Positions 36,135 through 48,171 are shown, counted from the first letter of the stretch. The stretch is DNA of 64,000 nt from an uncultured Methanosarcinaceae archaeon (GCA_963833425.1 CAWHXP010000002.1:128001-192000); one strand, 5' to 3'. Notes: a model not told the origin generated them from the sequence alone. A program made the numbers and translations.

Positions 36135-38318
36135 TTGATGACAATTTTAAATGAAGCCACGTCTGGCATGAAACCTGTTTATCTCGAGCCTATGAAGGAA
36201 AATAAGAAGAGAATTGTTAAAAATCTTCTGAAATATTTTGAAACAAATCAAAGAGGCTACATCAAAGTACCCACTGGCTGGGGAAAGACTTTTGTTTCGA
36301 AGCACATCATGAAAACTTACTACTGTGAGAGAAAGATTATTCTTTTTCTAGTCTCAAAAAACAACCCTCTTCTTAATCAGACTTATTACGATAGGAAAAA
36401 AAAATATCCTCTTTTTCCAAATAGTGCAATCCTCTCTTCAGAACATAAGGTAGATAGAAATGAGCTTGCTAAAGTTTTGAACTATCTCGGGAAAGAAAAA
36501 AGCGGAGGTTTTGTGCTTTTTGCCTCTTTACAGACAATATTGGGAAAACAGGGTTCTGAAATCAAAAATCTAATTCTTAAATTTACAGACCTCGCAATCG
36601 TGGATGAGATCCATAACTTCATCAACAATAAAGGGAACGATTTTCTCAATGAGTTTGGTGAACGGACAAAAATCTTGGGCATGACTGCAACTCCATTCCA
36701 GGGTATAGTCGGAAATGTCAAGTTCGTGGATGAAATTGCTGGGGATATGAGGGAGATTTACTCTAAAACGCTTCCTGAATGTATTCTGGACGGAGAACTA
36801 GCCCCACTCATATATACGATTGCAGAAAGTTCAGAAGACATCTCTGAGATCTTTGATTTCGAAAAAGGTTTGGAAGAACTTGATAAGCAGGATCTTTTTC
36901 TTGACTGTAGTACTGCCGATAAGTTGAAGAAAGTTATACGAAGAACACAGCTCGCAAAAGATGTTTACGATTCTATGGTAGAACAAAAAGATTTAAAAAC
37001 ACTTATATTTTGTGCCCCTGTCCGGAAGCAGGTATATGGAGCAGGAGCAGGGGGAGACAAAATTAATGCTTTTCATGCAAAGCTTACTTCCTCAATTTTC
37101 AATGGAGAGGTTTCTGACGTAGAACTGAATCAGGGCTCTGAACCTGTCCTGCCTGCAAATTTTGAAAATTATACCCCAGAAGGACAATTCAAAAATTCGG
37201 TATTTATAACCTCTGAATTGCCTAAAGAAACTCAAGAAAATATTATTGCGGCTTTCAAAGAGATTGGAAGACCTCCTTATATTCTCTGCGCTGTAGGGAT
37301 GTTGATTGAAGGTTTCGATTTTCCGGGCTTAGAATCCCTTTTTCTGCTGCGACCAACACTGAGCATGAGATTATTTGAACAGCAGGTTGGAAGGGTAACA
37401 AGAATGTCCACAGGTTCAGGAAAGCGGCAGGGGAGGATTGTTGAAATTTCAGATAAAATTGAATCTCTCTATCAGCACTTCGGGGAAGGAGTTTTTAATG
37501 GGGGAAAAGTGAATCAAATTCAGATGCTTCAACCTGAAATACGTATCGAAGAGCTATTTTCGGAGGGAGATGCTGCCAGGGCGATTGAAGAAGGAAAAAT
37601 TAAGATCAACAAGGTAGAGTTTAGATCCCTCGGAAAAGGAAAAAACCCACCTTTTAAGGAAATGCCCATAAGGCTTCCACCAACCGCCCTCAGGGTTAAA
37701 TATTTCTCACGCCTGCTGACTCTGATAGAGGAAAAGGATACCGGAGCTTTTGAGAGGGAAAAACGGGAACTCATGCGGGATACCCTGAGATTCAGGGTAA
37801 GAGGAGTTAAAGATGCTGAAGAATTATCGATTCTTACAGAACAGATCAATAAGCTCAAGCGGGAAGCATATGAAGACCGTAGATTAGGAGACATCTCGAG
37901 GCAGCACAAACCGAAGGTATTCGGGGAAGTTGAGTGGCTGCTGAAGCTTCAGGCTTTAAATTCTCTCAAGTACGAAGGCAAGCACCTTTCGATATCTGAA
38001 AGAAACCGGATATTTAACACCTTGGGTTTCGAATCAGATTTTAGGAAAATAGATATCTACAGACTTAAATGCCTTAAACTCGGTTCCGCTCAGAAGACTA
38101 TCCCAGATCTTGTAAAGGTTCTGGGGTTCGTAAGCCGGTTATCGTCTTCAAAAACATATCAATTCATTGATAAAAGGAAGAAAGAGCAATGGAAGCGAGA
38201 ATTCCTGCCTGCGGTTTATTGGGGTTTCTGCTTTATTAATGACTCTTCAGAAATCAGAGAACTTTTTGAGTCTACAGAATGGGACAGGCTGGTTAAAAAT
38301 ATAATTCGGCAGAATTGA
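36135..38318 (+). CDS. SF2 DEAD/DEAH-box helicase (type III Res/XPB-like core) with long C-terminal extension
   Basis: VPTGWGKT, DEIH, MTATP, EGFDFP, QQVGRVTR; start could be a slightly downstream ATG. Confidence 0.9.
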   Translation: MMTILNEATSGMKPVYLEPMKENKKRIVKNLLKYFETNQRGYIKVPTGWGKTFVSKHIMKTYYCERKIILFLVSKNNPLLNQTYYDRKKKYPLFPNSAILSSEHKVDRNELAKVLNYLGKEKSGGFVLFASLQTILGKQGSEIKNLILKFTDLAIVDEIHNFINNKGNDFLNEFGERTKILGMTATPFQGIVGNVKFVDEIAGDMREIYSKTLPECILDGELAPLIYTIAESSEDISEIFDFEKGLEELDKQDLFLDCSTADKLKKVIRRTQLAKDVYDSMVEQKDLKTLIFCAPVRKQVYGAGAGGDKINAFHAKLTSSIFNGEVSDVELNQGSEPVLPANFENYTPEGQFKNSVFITSELPKETQENIIAAFKEIGRPPYILCAVGMLIEGFDFPGLESLFLLRPTLSMRLFEQQVGRVTRMSTGSGKRQGRIVEISDKIESLYQHFGEGVFNGGKVNQIQMLQPEIRIEELFSEGDAARAIEEGKIKINKVEFRSLGKGKNPPFKEMPIRLPPTALRVKYFSRLLTLIEEKDTGAFEREKRELMRDTLRFRVRGVKDAEELSILTEQINKLKREAYEDRRLGDISRQHKPKVFGEVEWLLKLQALNSLKYEGKHLSISERNRIFNTLGFESDFRKIDIYRLKCLKLGSAQKTIPDLVKVLGFVSRLSSSKTYQFIDKRKKEQWKREFLPAVYWGFCFINDSSEIRELFESTEWDRLVKNIIRQN

Positions 38319-38633
38319 ATTTTCATTCCGTCTAATACCGCGCAGCTTGTTGTGGGGTTGGATACTTCCCTGAGAACAGTTATTAACGGATTGATTTGTA
38401 TTTTATACAACCTTTGTACTATAAAAAAGAGCTAATTAGTGGAAAGAGTGTATATATAAAGTACGACATTCAGTGGTTTTTTTAGTATGAAGTATCGTAA
38501 AAAATCTATTCTAGTTTTTAAATCGAAAAGTTAGTTTTATTGTTTAAAATGGTAGCAAATAAACTACCTGACTGATATAAATCTTGATTTGGAGGCAAAA
38601 AGGGATTGTTACAAAAAAACGCATTGTAACATG

Positions 38634-39487
38634 GGTTTCGTTGCAAAATCTAAGAATAAGCACGTAAATATATGGATGATAAACAAAAGTCAAAATATCC
38701 GAGAAAAATGTATCAAACTACAGAACTATTCCAAATAATTGATTGATATATTTAGCTTCATTGAGACCAGAGTAGTTTAGATTCTTGATTAGTCCTTTTT
38801 TAACCATATTCAAAGCTTCAATTCCTTTTAAAATCTTACTTGCAGAGTGAAAAGACTGAAAGCTTAGCATTGGAGCAATTATCCGCTTGATAGACCTATG
38901 ATCTTGTTCTACAATGTTATTCAAATATTTTACTTGTCTAATTTCAACTCTTTTAGACAACTTCTTTTCATTTTTCAGTTCATGTATGGCAATAGGATAA
39001 GCTGAATTTTTATCAACTGTTATTGCTCTCGGCATTTGATTGTGATTTGAACTCAATGCCTTCCTAAGGAATCTCTTTGCAGCTTTTCTATTTCGTTTTG
39101 CAGTTAGCATGAAATCTGTTTTGTTTCCACCTGAGTCAACTGCTCTGTAAAGATATTTCCATTCACCTTTTACATTTATATAAGTTTCATCAACTTTCCA
39201 TGAATCGTTAGTTGGTCTTAAGTGCTTTCTTATCTTCTTTTCTATTCCAGGGGAATATTGATGCACCCATCTTATTATAGTACTGTGATCAACTTGAATT
39301 CCTCTTTCTGCCATCATTTTCTTTAAATTTCTATAGCTTAATGCATATTTAAAGTACCCTCTTACGTTTAATAAAATAATTTCTTCTTCATAGTACTTCC
39401 ATCGAAAGGAATTTACTGGAATAATATATACTCCTAAATTTCTACTTATTTCAGTAAATCCCACTCATATTTTTTTGCAACTGAACC
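38634..39487 (-). mobile_element. IS6-family insertion sequence
   Basis: Ends GGTTTCGTTGCAAAA / TTTTGCAACTGAACC, perfect 8-bp target duplication GTAACATG. Confidence 0.95.
38718..39464 (-). CDS. IS6-family DDE transposase (open frame; true start probably further in)
   Basis: SWKVDETYI, YLYRAVDS, ITVDK, YLNNIVEQDHR. Confidence 0.9.
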   Translation of the reverse strand: MGFTEISRNLGVYIIPVNSFRWKYYEEEIILLNVRGYFKYALSYRNLKKMMAERGIQVDHSTIIRWVHQYSPGIEKKIRKHLRPTNDSWKVDETYINVKGEWKYLYRAVDSGGNKTDFMLTAKRNRKAAKRFLRKALSSNHNQMPRAITVDKNSAYPIAIHELKNEKKLSKRVEIRQVKYLNNIVEQDHRSIKRIIAPMLSFQSFHSASKILKGIEALNMVKKGLIKNLNYSGLNEAKYINQLFGIVL

Positions 39488-39705
39488 GTAACATGTACAT
39501 CTCAAGTCAGATAGTGGTCATATCATATAATGAATTCACTAAAAAATGTTTGAAACTATCATTAAATGTATCCTTCGGACTTTACGCTGGTTAACGTCCA
39601 AATAGGCGCATAAAAAATCAAACTATTGAAACATGCTGATTTTTACAAACTCATTTTTGCTTGAGTTTGCTCATCAGAAGCGTCAAGTGAATAATTCAAA
39701 TCCAT

Positions 39706-39879
39706 TTATTTGTCATTTAAAACTACATCTCTTATTTCTAAAAGTTCACACAATCTATTCAACGCATATTTTTTTTCGTGTATCATAACCTGTAATTTAT
39801 TAACTTCTACTTCCAGCTGCGCTATTTCTATTTTCAATTGTATTACCTGCTCTTTAATGAGCTCATTACTTTGCATCAT
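39706..39879 (-). CDS. 57-aa putative coiled-coil protein, below the ORF-track cutoff
   Basis: MMQSNELIKEQVIQLKIEIAQLEVEVNKLQ... heptad pattern; GAGCTGAT before ATG. Confidence 0.4.
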   Translation of the reverse strand: MMQSNELIKEQVIQLKIEIAQLEVEVNKLQVMIHEKKYALNRLCELLEIRDVVLNDK

Positions 39880-40089
39880 ATCAGCTCAGTCTAATGTCTT
39901 AATGTTCCTTAAACCATGATACTGCTTTTACATATAAATTCATGCGTTTTCAATAGTTTTGAATCCCGTTAGTTACTAAACCATTTCTACAAATAAAAAA
40001 AATCAAACAAGTATTTAAGGTAATTAAGTCGTTGATTCCGACAAAAAAATGACTCCACTTCTAGTACAGATATAAGTAGTTAATTTTCT

Positions 40090-41091
40090 GGCTCTGTAGA
40101 AATCCTCAATTTGATGCCAATTACCTCTAAAACTTTTTTTATCTATGTTGTATATTATTAATTTAATTTTAATCTCTGTCACTTGATAACGGAATTTCCT
40201 TGCCCTTAGTGTTTCTCCTAATTTTCTTTTAACTACAGAAAATATTGTCTCCACTATATTTCTTTGATTATATTTAATTCTGTCAAAGGCCAGATTCAAC
40301 TGTTTTCTATATTTACCTCTTATTTTCTTTCTTTTTCTCTCTCTTACAGGTATAATTGAATCTGCTTTGATTTCTTCTCTAATTATAGAATGTATTTTTT
40401 TCTGAATCGTATCCTGTATCCATTAACATAACAATCAGACTTTCTCATCTTATTTGATTGCCTTATCAGAGCATTTGCATTTTTGATTTCAGGGTCTGTT
40501 TTTTGACTAATTTTCCATCCCAATATTATCTTTTTACTTGTGTCCACTGACATTGAAGTTCTCAGGAAGCTTCTTCGAAGCTTCCCTGTTCTTCTGGAAT
40601 AATAACAACTTGCATATGAACTCGTAAATCCTGTTGCATCAATCACTGCAAAAGAGACATTTTCTCCATATGAGTAAAACAGCTTTAGAATCCTTGACAG
40701 AAGAAGGTTAAACAGAGAGGAAGGAATCCTAGTTACAAACTTTTGAAGGGCAGTGAAATGTGGAATCTTATCAAGAGCAAGTTTTTCTATTATATCACTC
40801 ATAAGTCAATAAGTTCTACAAAATCTCGATAGTCTGTACTAATATACTCTTTCAATAAAACCAGTGAAAGAAGCTGATGCTGAGTATAAACGTGTTTTGA
40901 ATACTTGCAGGAATAAAGCTTCAGTCTCGAAGATTGAACAGTTTCAAGACTAGTATCAACAAATTTAATGTACTTATTAAACTTCAATATTGAATGTTCC
41001 TTCATTTTTAGCGAAAAAATAAGACGAATATTATAACTGAATAGTTATAATAATGGTGTAAAAGTTTAATTTAGAACATTTCTACCGAGCC
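40090..41091 (-). mobile_element. IS5-family (probably ISH1-like) element, transposase frameshifted, copy 2
   Basis: Ends GGCTCTGTAGAAAT / ATTTCTACCGAGCC, flanks TAATTTTCT / TAATTTTCA; transposase split into ORFs 40799-41005, 40383-40802 and 40024-40299. Confidence 0.9.
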
Positions 41092-41421
41092 TAATTTTCA
41101 TTTCTTTTTATCTTTCGTGAAAAGGGATCTTTTTCGGCTTTTTAATATTCCACTACTTATCAACCTTCTAGTCATTTTGAGTATTTGTTTATTCAAGCTC
41201 AAACTTGCAACCATCACACAGACTTCAAAAAAATAATATGCAAAAAATCATATAATTTCCACATATAATTATTAAAAATTTCGATGAACTTATAAATCTC
41301 GTCATGTGTTTATGCACAATATATAAATAATTCATAAAAATAAATAATTATTGACATTTTCCATAGTAAGTTGTAGCTATTTTTCATTATTAATATATGA
41401 ACAAATATTCGGAAACTGAAT

Positions 41422-42477
41422 ATGAAAAAAGCGACATACTATAAAGCAAGTAGAAGGTTAGGCATCACTTTGTCGACCCTTTTAATACTTGTGAGTATCG
41501 CAGGTGAGGCACAACTTGCAGATATTGCAAACTCCGGCAGCAACAATATATCTGATTTAAATAAATCACTTGAAAATGACATAAAAATTCAGGACAAAGC
41601 AATTGAAATTAACCCTCAGAATTCAACGGCTTGGAGCAACAAAGGACTTGATTTAGGGCTATCAGGTAGATATGATGAAGCAATAAAAACATTTAATAAA
41701 ACAATTGAAATTAACTCGCAGAATTCAGATGTTTGGACCGGCGAGGGACTTGCTCTATATTATTTAAATAAATACGATGAAGCAATAACAGCTTACGACA
41801 AAGCAATTGAAATTAACTCTCAGAATTCAATAGCTTGGGATGGTAAAGGACTTGCTTTATATAAATTAAATAAATACGATGAAGCAATAAAAGCATTTGA
41901 CAAAGCAATTGAAATTAACTCACAGAATTCTATAGCTTGGGAAGGTAAAGGACTAGCTTTTAATAATTTAAACAAGCATGAAGAAGCAATAAAAGCATAT
42001 GATAAAGCAATTGAAATTAATCCACAGGATTCAAAAGCTTGGTCCAATAAAGGACACTCTCTCAATAACTTAAATAAATATGAAGAAGCAATGAAAGCAT
42101 ATGACAAAGCAATTGAAATTAATCCTTTTGATTCAATAGCATGGGAAGGTAAAGGACTAGCTCTTGATAACTTAAATAAGCATGAAGAAGCAATAAAAGC
42201 ATTTGACAAAGCAATTGAAATTAACCCACTGGATTCACTTACCTGGGCCTCTAAAGGAGATGCTCTAAATGATTTGAATAAATCCGATGAAGCAATAAAA
42301 GCATTTGATAAAGCAATTAAAATTAACCCACTGGATTCAATAGCATGGGAAGGTAAAGGACTTGCTTTTGATAACTTAAATAAGCGTGAAGAAGCTATAA
42401 AAGCGTACGACAAAGCAATTAAAATTAATCCGAGGTATTCAATGGCTTTGGAAGCTAAAAAAAAATTAGATAAATGA
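41422..42477 (+). CDS. Exported TPR-repeat protein
   Basis: Signal-like N-terminus; about eight 34-aa repeats (AW.GKGLAL..LNK.EEAIKA.DKAIEINP), seen as 102-bp DNA repeats. Confidence 0.92.
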   Translation: MKKATYYKASRRLGITLSTLLILVSIAGEAQLADIANSGSNNISDLNKSLENDIKIQDKAIEINPQNSTAWSNKGLDLGLSGRYDEAIKTFNKTIEINSQNSDVWTGEGLALYYLNKYDEAITAYDKAIEINSQNSIAWDGKGLALYKLNKYDEAIKAFDKAIEINSQNSIAWEGKGLAFNNLNKHEEAIKAYDKAIEINPQDSKAWSNKGHSLNNLNKYEEAMKAYDKAIEINPFDSIAWEGKGLALDNLNKHEEAIKAFDKAIEINPLDSLTWASKGDALNDLNKSDEAIKAFDKAIKINPLDSIAWEGKGLAFDNLNKREEAIKAYDKAIKINPRYSMALEAKKKLDK

Positions 42478-42719
42478 ATTGAATATATTTAAATAGTAAA
42501 TTAAATAATTACTTAACTTTTATTTATTTTTACTTTTTTAAAATATAACTAGAGTAATTTTATGATTTTTAATATAACATATATTTAAATAAAAACTATA
42601 CCTTTTTTGAACAATAATTTGAGACATCATATAATTTTGATGATGAAATTGGAACTTTGTAGATACAAATTTTCATCTATTTTATGAAAAGCATAAAAGT
42701 GAGATCGAAATTTTATTGT

Positions 42720-43170
42720 CTGCTTTAGGTATCGGAAAAAATTGACTTATTAGCTCTAATTGCTACAACAGGCGATTTCAAGACTTTAATTAAGTATAAT
42801 AAGTTTGCTTCACGGGGTGGAGTTGCTTAGGACGCATACCAATCTGCGGATTAAATTCTATAACTAGAAAATCACAAAAAGAGGATCAAAATTAGCAAGA
42901 TGGATTCTAACACAAATTGATCAAGCAGTAGCAAAAAATACAAATTAAAAGAGTTTATTAACCGGGAGAAAAAAAATCAATTCGACACCAAAGACGCTAT
43001 TCTCTAGCAAAGGAAATTGCCAAATTTATGGCATCTTATTATAAATGGCAAAATGTACTAAGATGAAAATGGGCATTAGAAGAAAGAAATTTATATTAGA
43101 ACGATTGTTAAGACTTAGAACGTCTCGGTTGATACAAATATAAAAATAATTGTGAAGTAATCGGAATTCT
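42720..43170 (+). pseudogene. IS110-family transposase remnant
   Basis: YQSA...KITKRGSKLARWILTQI and LARKLP.LWHLIING-like fragments; boundaries approximate. Confidence 0.7.
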
Positions 43171-43228
43171 ACATACTTTAATCCTCACTTTCATCATATG
43201 GCCAAGATTTCTCAGCCAATAGATATCT

Positions 43229-44182
43229 TCATATTAGTACATTTCTAACAGATTCCAAAATCTTGTCTATGTATTTTGCTGTTGCATTTTTCAGGTCCAT
43301 AGGATGTACTCTTTCTGCAACAAAATCGTTCTCCATTTCGTAGTAACTGGTGTATGTCAGGTTCCCACCGAACTTTTCAGGTCTCTCTATGACAACAGTC
43401 TCATATCTGGGGAAAATATGATAGCGTAAAATAGCAAGAATCGGGTTGTTTTCCAAGTCTCCTACTTTACAGTAGGCTTTCTTTAACTTTCTGTAAATCT
43501 CTTCTCCAGTATCGTCCACTGAAATGAAATTATCCTTTGAAGAAGACATCTTGGTTCCGTCCAATCCTATGAGAATTGGAGTATGAATGCAGACAGGTGT
43601 TTTGAATCCAATACTTTTTAAGTTTTCACGGGCAAGCATATGGATTTTCCTCTGGTCAATACCACCAACAGCAATATCAACTTTGAGCATCGCAATGTCA
43701 ACAGCCTGCATAAGGGGATATACCATCTGAGAGACCGTGGGGTCATCCATAGCACGCCCAACTTCATCCATACTCCTGCGCGCCCTATTAAGTGTTACTG
43801 TCCTCGAAAGCTTGAGAACATTTAACATGTAATCTGCACCAAACTGATAGTCTGAACCATATACAAAATCAGTTTCCTTTTCATCAAGACCGAGAGCAAC
43901 AAAGCAACGTCTGTTATAGTCTGCAATTTTCCGGACATCTTCAAGTGTGCCTTTTCTATTCAGATAAGCATGTACATCTGCAAGCAGGACAATGACCTTG
44001 AATCCTGCTTTTTGCAAATCAATTAACTTATTTACTGTAAGAACATGGCCCATATGAATTTTCCCGCTTGGCTCATATCCTACATAGGCACGTGGAGCTT
44101 TTTTTTGATTAAGAAGTTCTCCAAGTTCTACTTCTGTTACAATTTCCTGAACGTTTCTTTTCACAAGTTCGAGTCTATACAT
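43229..44182 (-). CDS. tyrS: Tyrosine--tRNA ligase (archaeal type)
   Basis: YVGYEPSGKIHMGH, YPLMQAVD, GGIDQRKIH, KMSSS. Confidence 0.97.
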   Translation of the reverse strand: MYRLELVKRNVQEIVTEVELGELLNQKKAPRAYVGYEPSGKIHMGHVLTVNKLIDLQKAGFKVIVLLADVHAYLNRKGTLEDVRKIADYNRRCFVALGLDEKETDFVYGSDYQFGADYMLNVLKLSRTVTLNRARRSMDEVGRAMDDPTVSQMVYPLMQAVDIAMLKVDIAVGGIDQRKIHMLARENLKSIGFKTPVCIHTPILIGLDGTKMSSSKDNFISVDDTGEEIYRKLKKAYCKVGDLENNPILAILRYHIFPRYETVVIERPEKFGGNLTYTSYYEMENDFVAERVHPMDLKNATAKYIDKILESVRNVLI

Positions 44183-44962
44183 CGCCTTACATTCCTTACG
44201 TTATTTTCTTATCTTCAAAAACTAAATTTAGATTAATAAGTTTATCTAGAAGTGTTATTTCATTTTTTAATTTGGATTTAGCGATTCCCAAATTGCGAGT
44301 GACTTTTCTGCACAGAGATTTAGTCTCCTCGCCAAAAATCGGTTTAGAGCAAGAGGTTCATGAATCGTTGTATAAATGAGAATTTATCTCCTCTTCCAAC
44401 TAGAAGTCGTGCAAGGTTAGTCCCCGTTTCAAAAAACATTTAATGGATTTTCCATTCTTTTTTCTTTTCAGATTTTAAACTTCACATTATCCGTTACTTT
44501 TTATACATCAGAGCATAGTAACTCGATATATAAAAAAAATTTGCAAGGATCCAAAATATCTCAAATGAAAATGAGAAGGAATTTTCCTCCTTTTGAAGGA
44601 CAAATATTCTGGAATCAAAAGCCAAAGATTTTTCAAGCCACAGATCTATATTAATGGAGCTTCCTAGAAAGCTTTCTACAATATAGTCAATTTTACTACT
44701 TTACTTCAAATGAAAGATCTGTAAACACAAAACTGATTTCATCCGAAAAAGTTTAAGGCAAAGAGAGGGCCTAAACTACTTTTCTAACGAAAAGTATGGC
44801 ATTATTCGCCATCTTCCTGGTGAAGTTTGGGTCATAGAGTTTCTTAAACCCAGGCACAAGAGCTTATTTCTTGATACCTAATATCAGCGCGCACAACCAC
44901 AGGAGGGATACAGCGCATTTCAACAAAGATTTCCATATTTTTAATTTATCGTTCAAAAATTA

Positions 44963-45223
44963 TCAGTCTTCTTTTCGTTTTTTGTATCTTTGGACAACAT
45001 CTCTTATTATAATAATATCTGCCGCGGTTATGACCCACCGGTAAGGAATAATTACACCTCTGGTGGTCAGGTCAAAAAGTTCTTTATTAATATCAGAAAC
45101 AGCAAGCCCAGTAATCTTCTGATCATCTATATCAATTACAAGGTCCTGTAGCTTTCCTACATAAACACCGGTATTTGTGTATATGCTTAAACCAAAAAGT
45201 GATGTAAGTTCTGCGCGCATCAT
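44963..45223 (-). CDS. PRC-barrel domain protein
   Basis: LFGLSIYTNTGVYVGKLQDLVID...IIPYRWVITAADIIII. Confidence 0.88.
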   Translation of the reverse strand: MMRAELTSLFGLSIYTNTGVYVGKLQDLVIDIDDQKITGLAVSDINKELFDLTTRGVIIPYRWVITAADIIIIRDVVQRYKKRKED

Positions 45224-46430
45224 ATCCCTGCTTTGTAAATTTATTTCATTCTTTCTCCTAACCTTATATGAAAAACATGCTTATATATCTTACAGTTTTA
45301 CTGTCTCATAATTACTGTTTTCGTTCATCTTTCAGGTGATAATGAATTTTCAATCTGCTTTTTATTAAAGTATTCTTATCTGAGTAATGTGAGGAAAGGT
45401 AATTCAACTTTTTAAAATCCAATCTCCAAAATTTAAGTTCAGAAACGATAATTTTAATTATATTAAGTTGCCTTCGTATTTATTCGTTCAACTATGGAAT
45501 TCTTAATTATTATTTTTTTTTCATTATACATTTATAGTAAACTAATAAATAAATTACACTTTTGATAATCAATTATGCTTTCGAACTTAATTACTTGTGC
45601 TTGGTCATTGGAAATTCTATAGAAAAAGAAAAAGCAGAATTACAAGAAAAAATGTTCAAGTATTTCCTTTATTCAGTGTTTTCTGTGCTTTCCAAGATTT
45701 ATCTCTGAGTTTAGGATCCGTGGAGCAAGGTAACCATTTAGATTACCAAAAATCAGTTGTAGATATCTATTTTGACGCAATAGATCTTTTTGACTGTACA
45801 CGGATTGAAAAATAAAAATCAATGTTCTTGGCCACGGTTAACTTAAAATACGCCTACCTAAATTTGCTACCGAATCCTAGTGAAGAGGTATATTGGGATT
45901 TTTTACTCAGAATGGATAGTCACAAAGAAATTTTAGTATTTTATCACGAATTTATTTTTTTCTCATTTTGTAAAGTGTCGATTTTTGCTGTGAGGGCCAT
46001 TTTAGAGTAAATCTGTTTAAGTTCATGAGAACGCAAACATTCTTTATAATGAAAGTCTGTAATAAACTCACAAATCAATAAAAATTTCCGAGAATATCTA
46101 TACTTTAATCATGATTATTCATACTTCAGTCACTCAAAATTCCACAATAATGGAAATAAACCGAAATAAAAGGAAAAATTATTTCCTTATTCTATTTTTT
46201 TCGTGCTCTAAGTGATCCAAATTTGTATTATGTCTAAGAGAAATGTGTGTATCTGATGATAAATCCATTTTTCCTAGATTTTTAAATATTAATTTTTATT
46301 GAGATGACTATAATTATGATGACATGAAACGCTTAAATGGGCGACGACTCGAATTTAAATAATTGAAGGGAATATGATATGTTGGTAGATATTTTTGATA
46401 CCAGTCAGTTTCAATAAAAAATTTTGCCTC

Positions 46431-47180
46431 TCAAGCATTTAGAGCCTTTTCAACCATTTTAGGATAAGTGAGCTCCAAAATAGTTTTCAGATTAACTATA
46501 TCCTCTTTATTATATTTAATAAGTTTGGCTAGCGCATTTTTGTCTCCTCTCTCATATTGTCTCCAGAGCCTTACGGCATCAAATCCTGTCATACATACAG
46601 TATCTTCACTTCGGGATATCCCGAGTATCTTTTCAATATTTTTGAGGCCACCTTTATATCCTATTCGCCTTAGAGGATACAAAAGATCTATATGGAGCTG
46701 TTTGAATTCTATTTCAGGAAATTCGGACCTTATGAAAGGAATATCAAAACGAGCGCCATTGAAGGATACAAGTAGCCTGTATTTTGAAAATTCATCCACA
46801 ATATCATCAAGATTTATGTTCTTTACATATGTCTTAGACTCTCTACCATCATAAATTCCAACAACGGTTATTTTATCTCTACGCTGAGAAAGCCCAGTTG
46901 TCTCAATATCCACAAATGCTACAGACTCGGAAAACAGAGGGTAGGTCCTCCAGTGTTCAGCAGGAGGAAGACACTGAGAAAAATAATAATAATCTTTTGC
47001 TGCCAGACGCTCGGAAGACTTCTTAATCCCCTCACAAATTATTGCTTTTCGAGTAGGAGGTATTGAGATTCTATCTCCCATCTCAAGAAATTCTTCCCAT
47101 GTATGTATTCCTTGAGCCCAGATCTTCTGTTCAAGGCCTTTCCCTACACCAGGAATATGAATATATGTATTATTTAGCAT
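46431..47180 (-). CDS. RNase H-like 3'-5' exonuclease (YprB/RNase_H_2-like)
   Basis: FVDIETTGL, SFNGARFDIP, HIDL, YNKED motifs; N-terminal HIPGVG. Confidence 0.9.
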   Translation of the reverse strand: MLNNTYIHIPGVGKGLEQKIWAQGIHTWEEFLEMGDRISIPPTRKAIICEGIKKSSERLAAKDYYYFSQCLPPAEHWRTYPLFSESVAFVDIETTGLSQRRDKITVVGIYDGRESKTYVKNINLDDIVDEFSKYRLLVSFNGARFDIPFIRSEFPEIEFKQLHIDLLYPLRRIGYKGGLKNIEKILGISRSEDTVCMTGFDAVRLWRQYERGDKNALAKLIKYNKEDIVNLKTILELTYPKMVEKALNA

Positions 47181-47339
47181 ATTTTACCTTGGATAATTTG
47201 GAATAATATTTTATAAAAATGCTGCTTGAAGTCAGAGGATATTCAAAAGCTGTAACTATCCATCCTTGACGCCTAGATTAATAGCTACCTTTACTAAGAT
47301 TCATTGAGTAAATTTATGTAGGCTTATTTTTCTCCAATC

Positions 47340-47890
47340 GAATACCCTGCAGCAATCTGAGGGGATGTATACTTTCCCTAGAATCTTTATCAACTAGCCA
47401 ATTAATATTTTAACCGACTTTCTGCAAATGTACACGGATATATATTTGTTTGTCTATTTGTCCACAATGATTTATTGAAAATCCGATTGATTTTTAAGCT
47501 ACTGTCATATTGAGAAAAGATATGACATTTTTGGTACGTCTGCGGAAAATGGGATACGATTCTTTTAACTTTGAATTTTTGCAAGTTTATCAAACGATTT
47601 AACCTTAGAAGAAATGTATAATAAGTATTTTATTACAGTCAAATACTCACAGATTGTTGTGATGATGAAAACTTCCAAAAGAACCGTTATTAATTAACTG
47701 CATTATCATTTAAAACCTTTTTATGATATTTCATACAAAAAAAACCATATGATATCTAATTTCTTAGACTAATGGTTTACATATCTTAATTTCACCTACA
47801 GCAAAAGGTAATTGAGGATTAAATCAGCTATTTAACGACGGTTACCTTGAAAGTTGAATCTCTGCAGTAAGCCGCAGGATATTCGAATTA
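47340..47890 (-). mobile_element. Decayed IS200-like element with other IS debris
   Basis: 47700-47890 parallels 12150-12330; hairpin-like CTGCAG(C/T)AA motifs at both ends; 47500-47550 also resembles 30110-30160. Confidence 0.55.
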
Positions 47891-48171
47891 AATAAAAAAT
47901 AGCATTGTCATCCACAAATATACCGAATAGTTACAATAGGATATCACATAGCTTTTTAGGGAATATAATAACTTTTTTTAGACTATCAAAGACTGACTAT
48001 TTGAGACTGGTTTCGTACTCAATGATTATGTGGACAAAAACGTAGATAATTTTGACATTGATCACAAGCTTATCAACTACTGAGGCCTTTTAAAGAGCCC
48101 AGTTGGCATAAAATATCATATAAAATCAGCAAAAATTTTAAATAAAATAAAACCGTTCGAGAAAACTGCAT

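Noticed and set aside
41590..42440. Regular 102-bp direct repeats as a possible CRISPR array
   Set aside because: They are in-frame TPR coding repeats with no unique spacers; no cas genes in the window
44700..44940. Somewhat GC-richer intergenic stretch as a possible ncRNA
   Set aside because: No convincing fold or family motif; more likely gene debris
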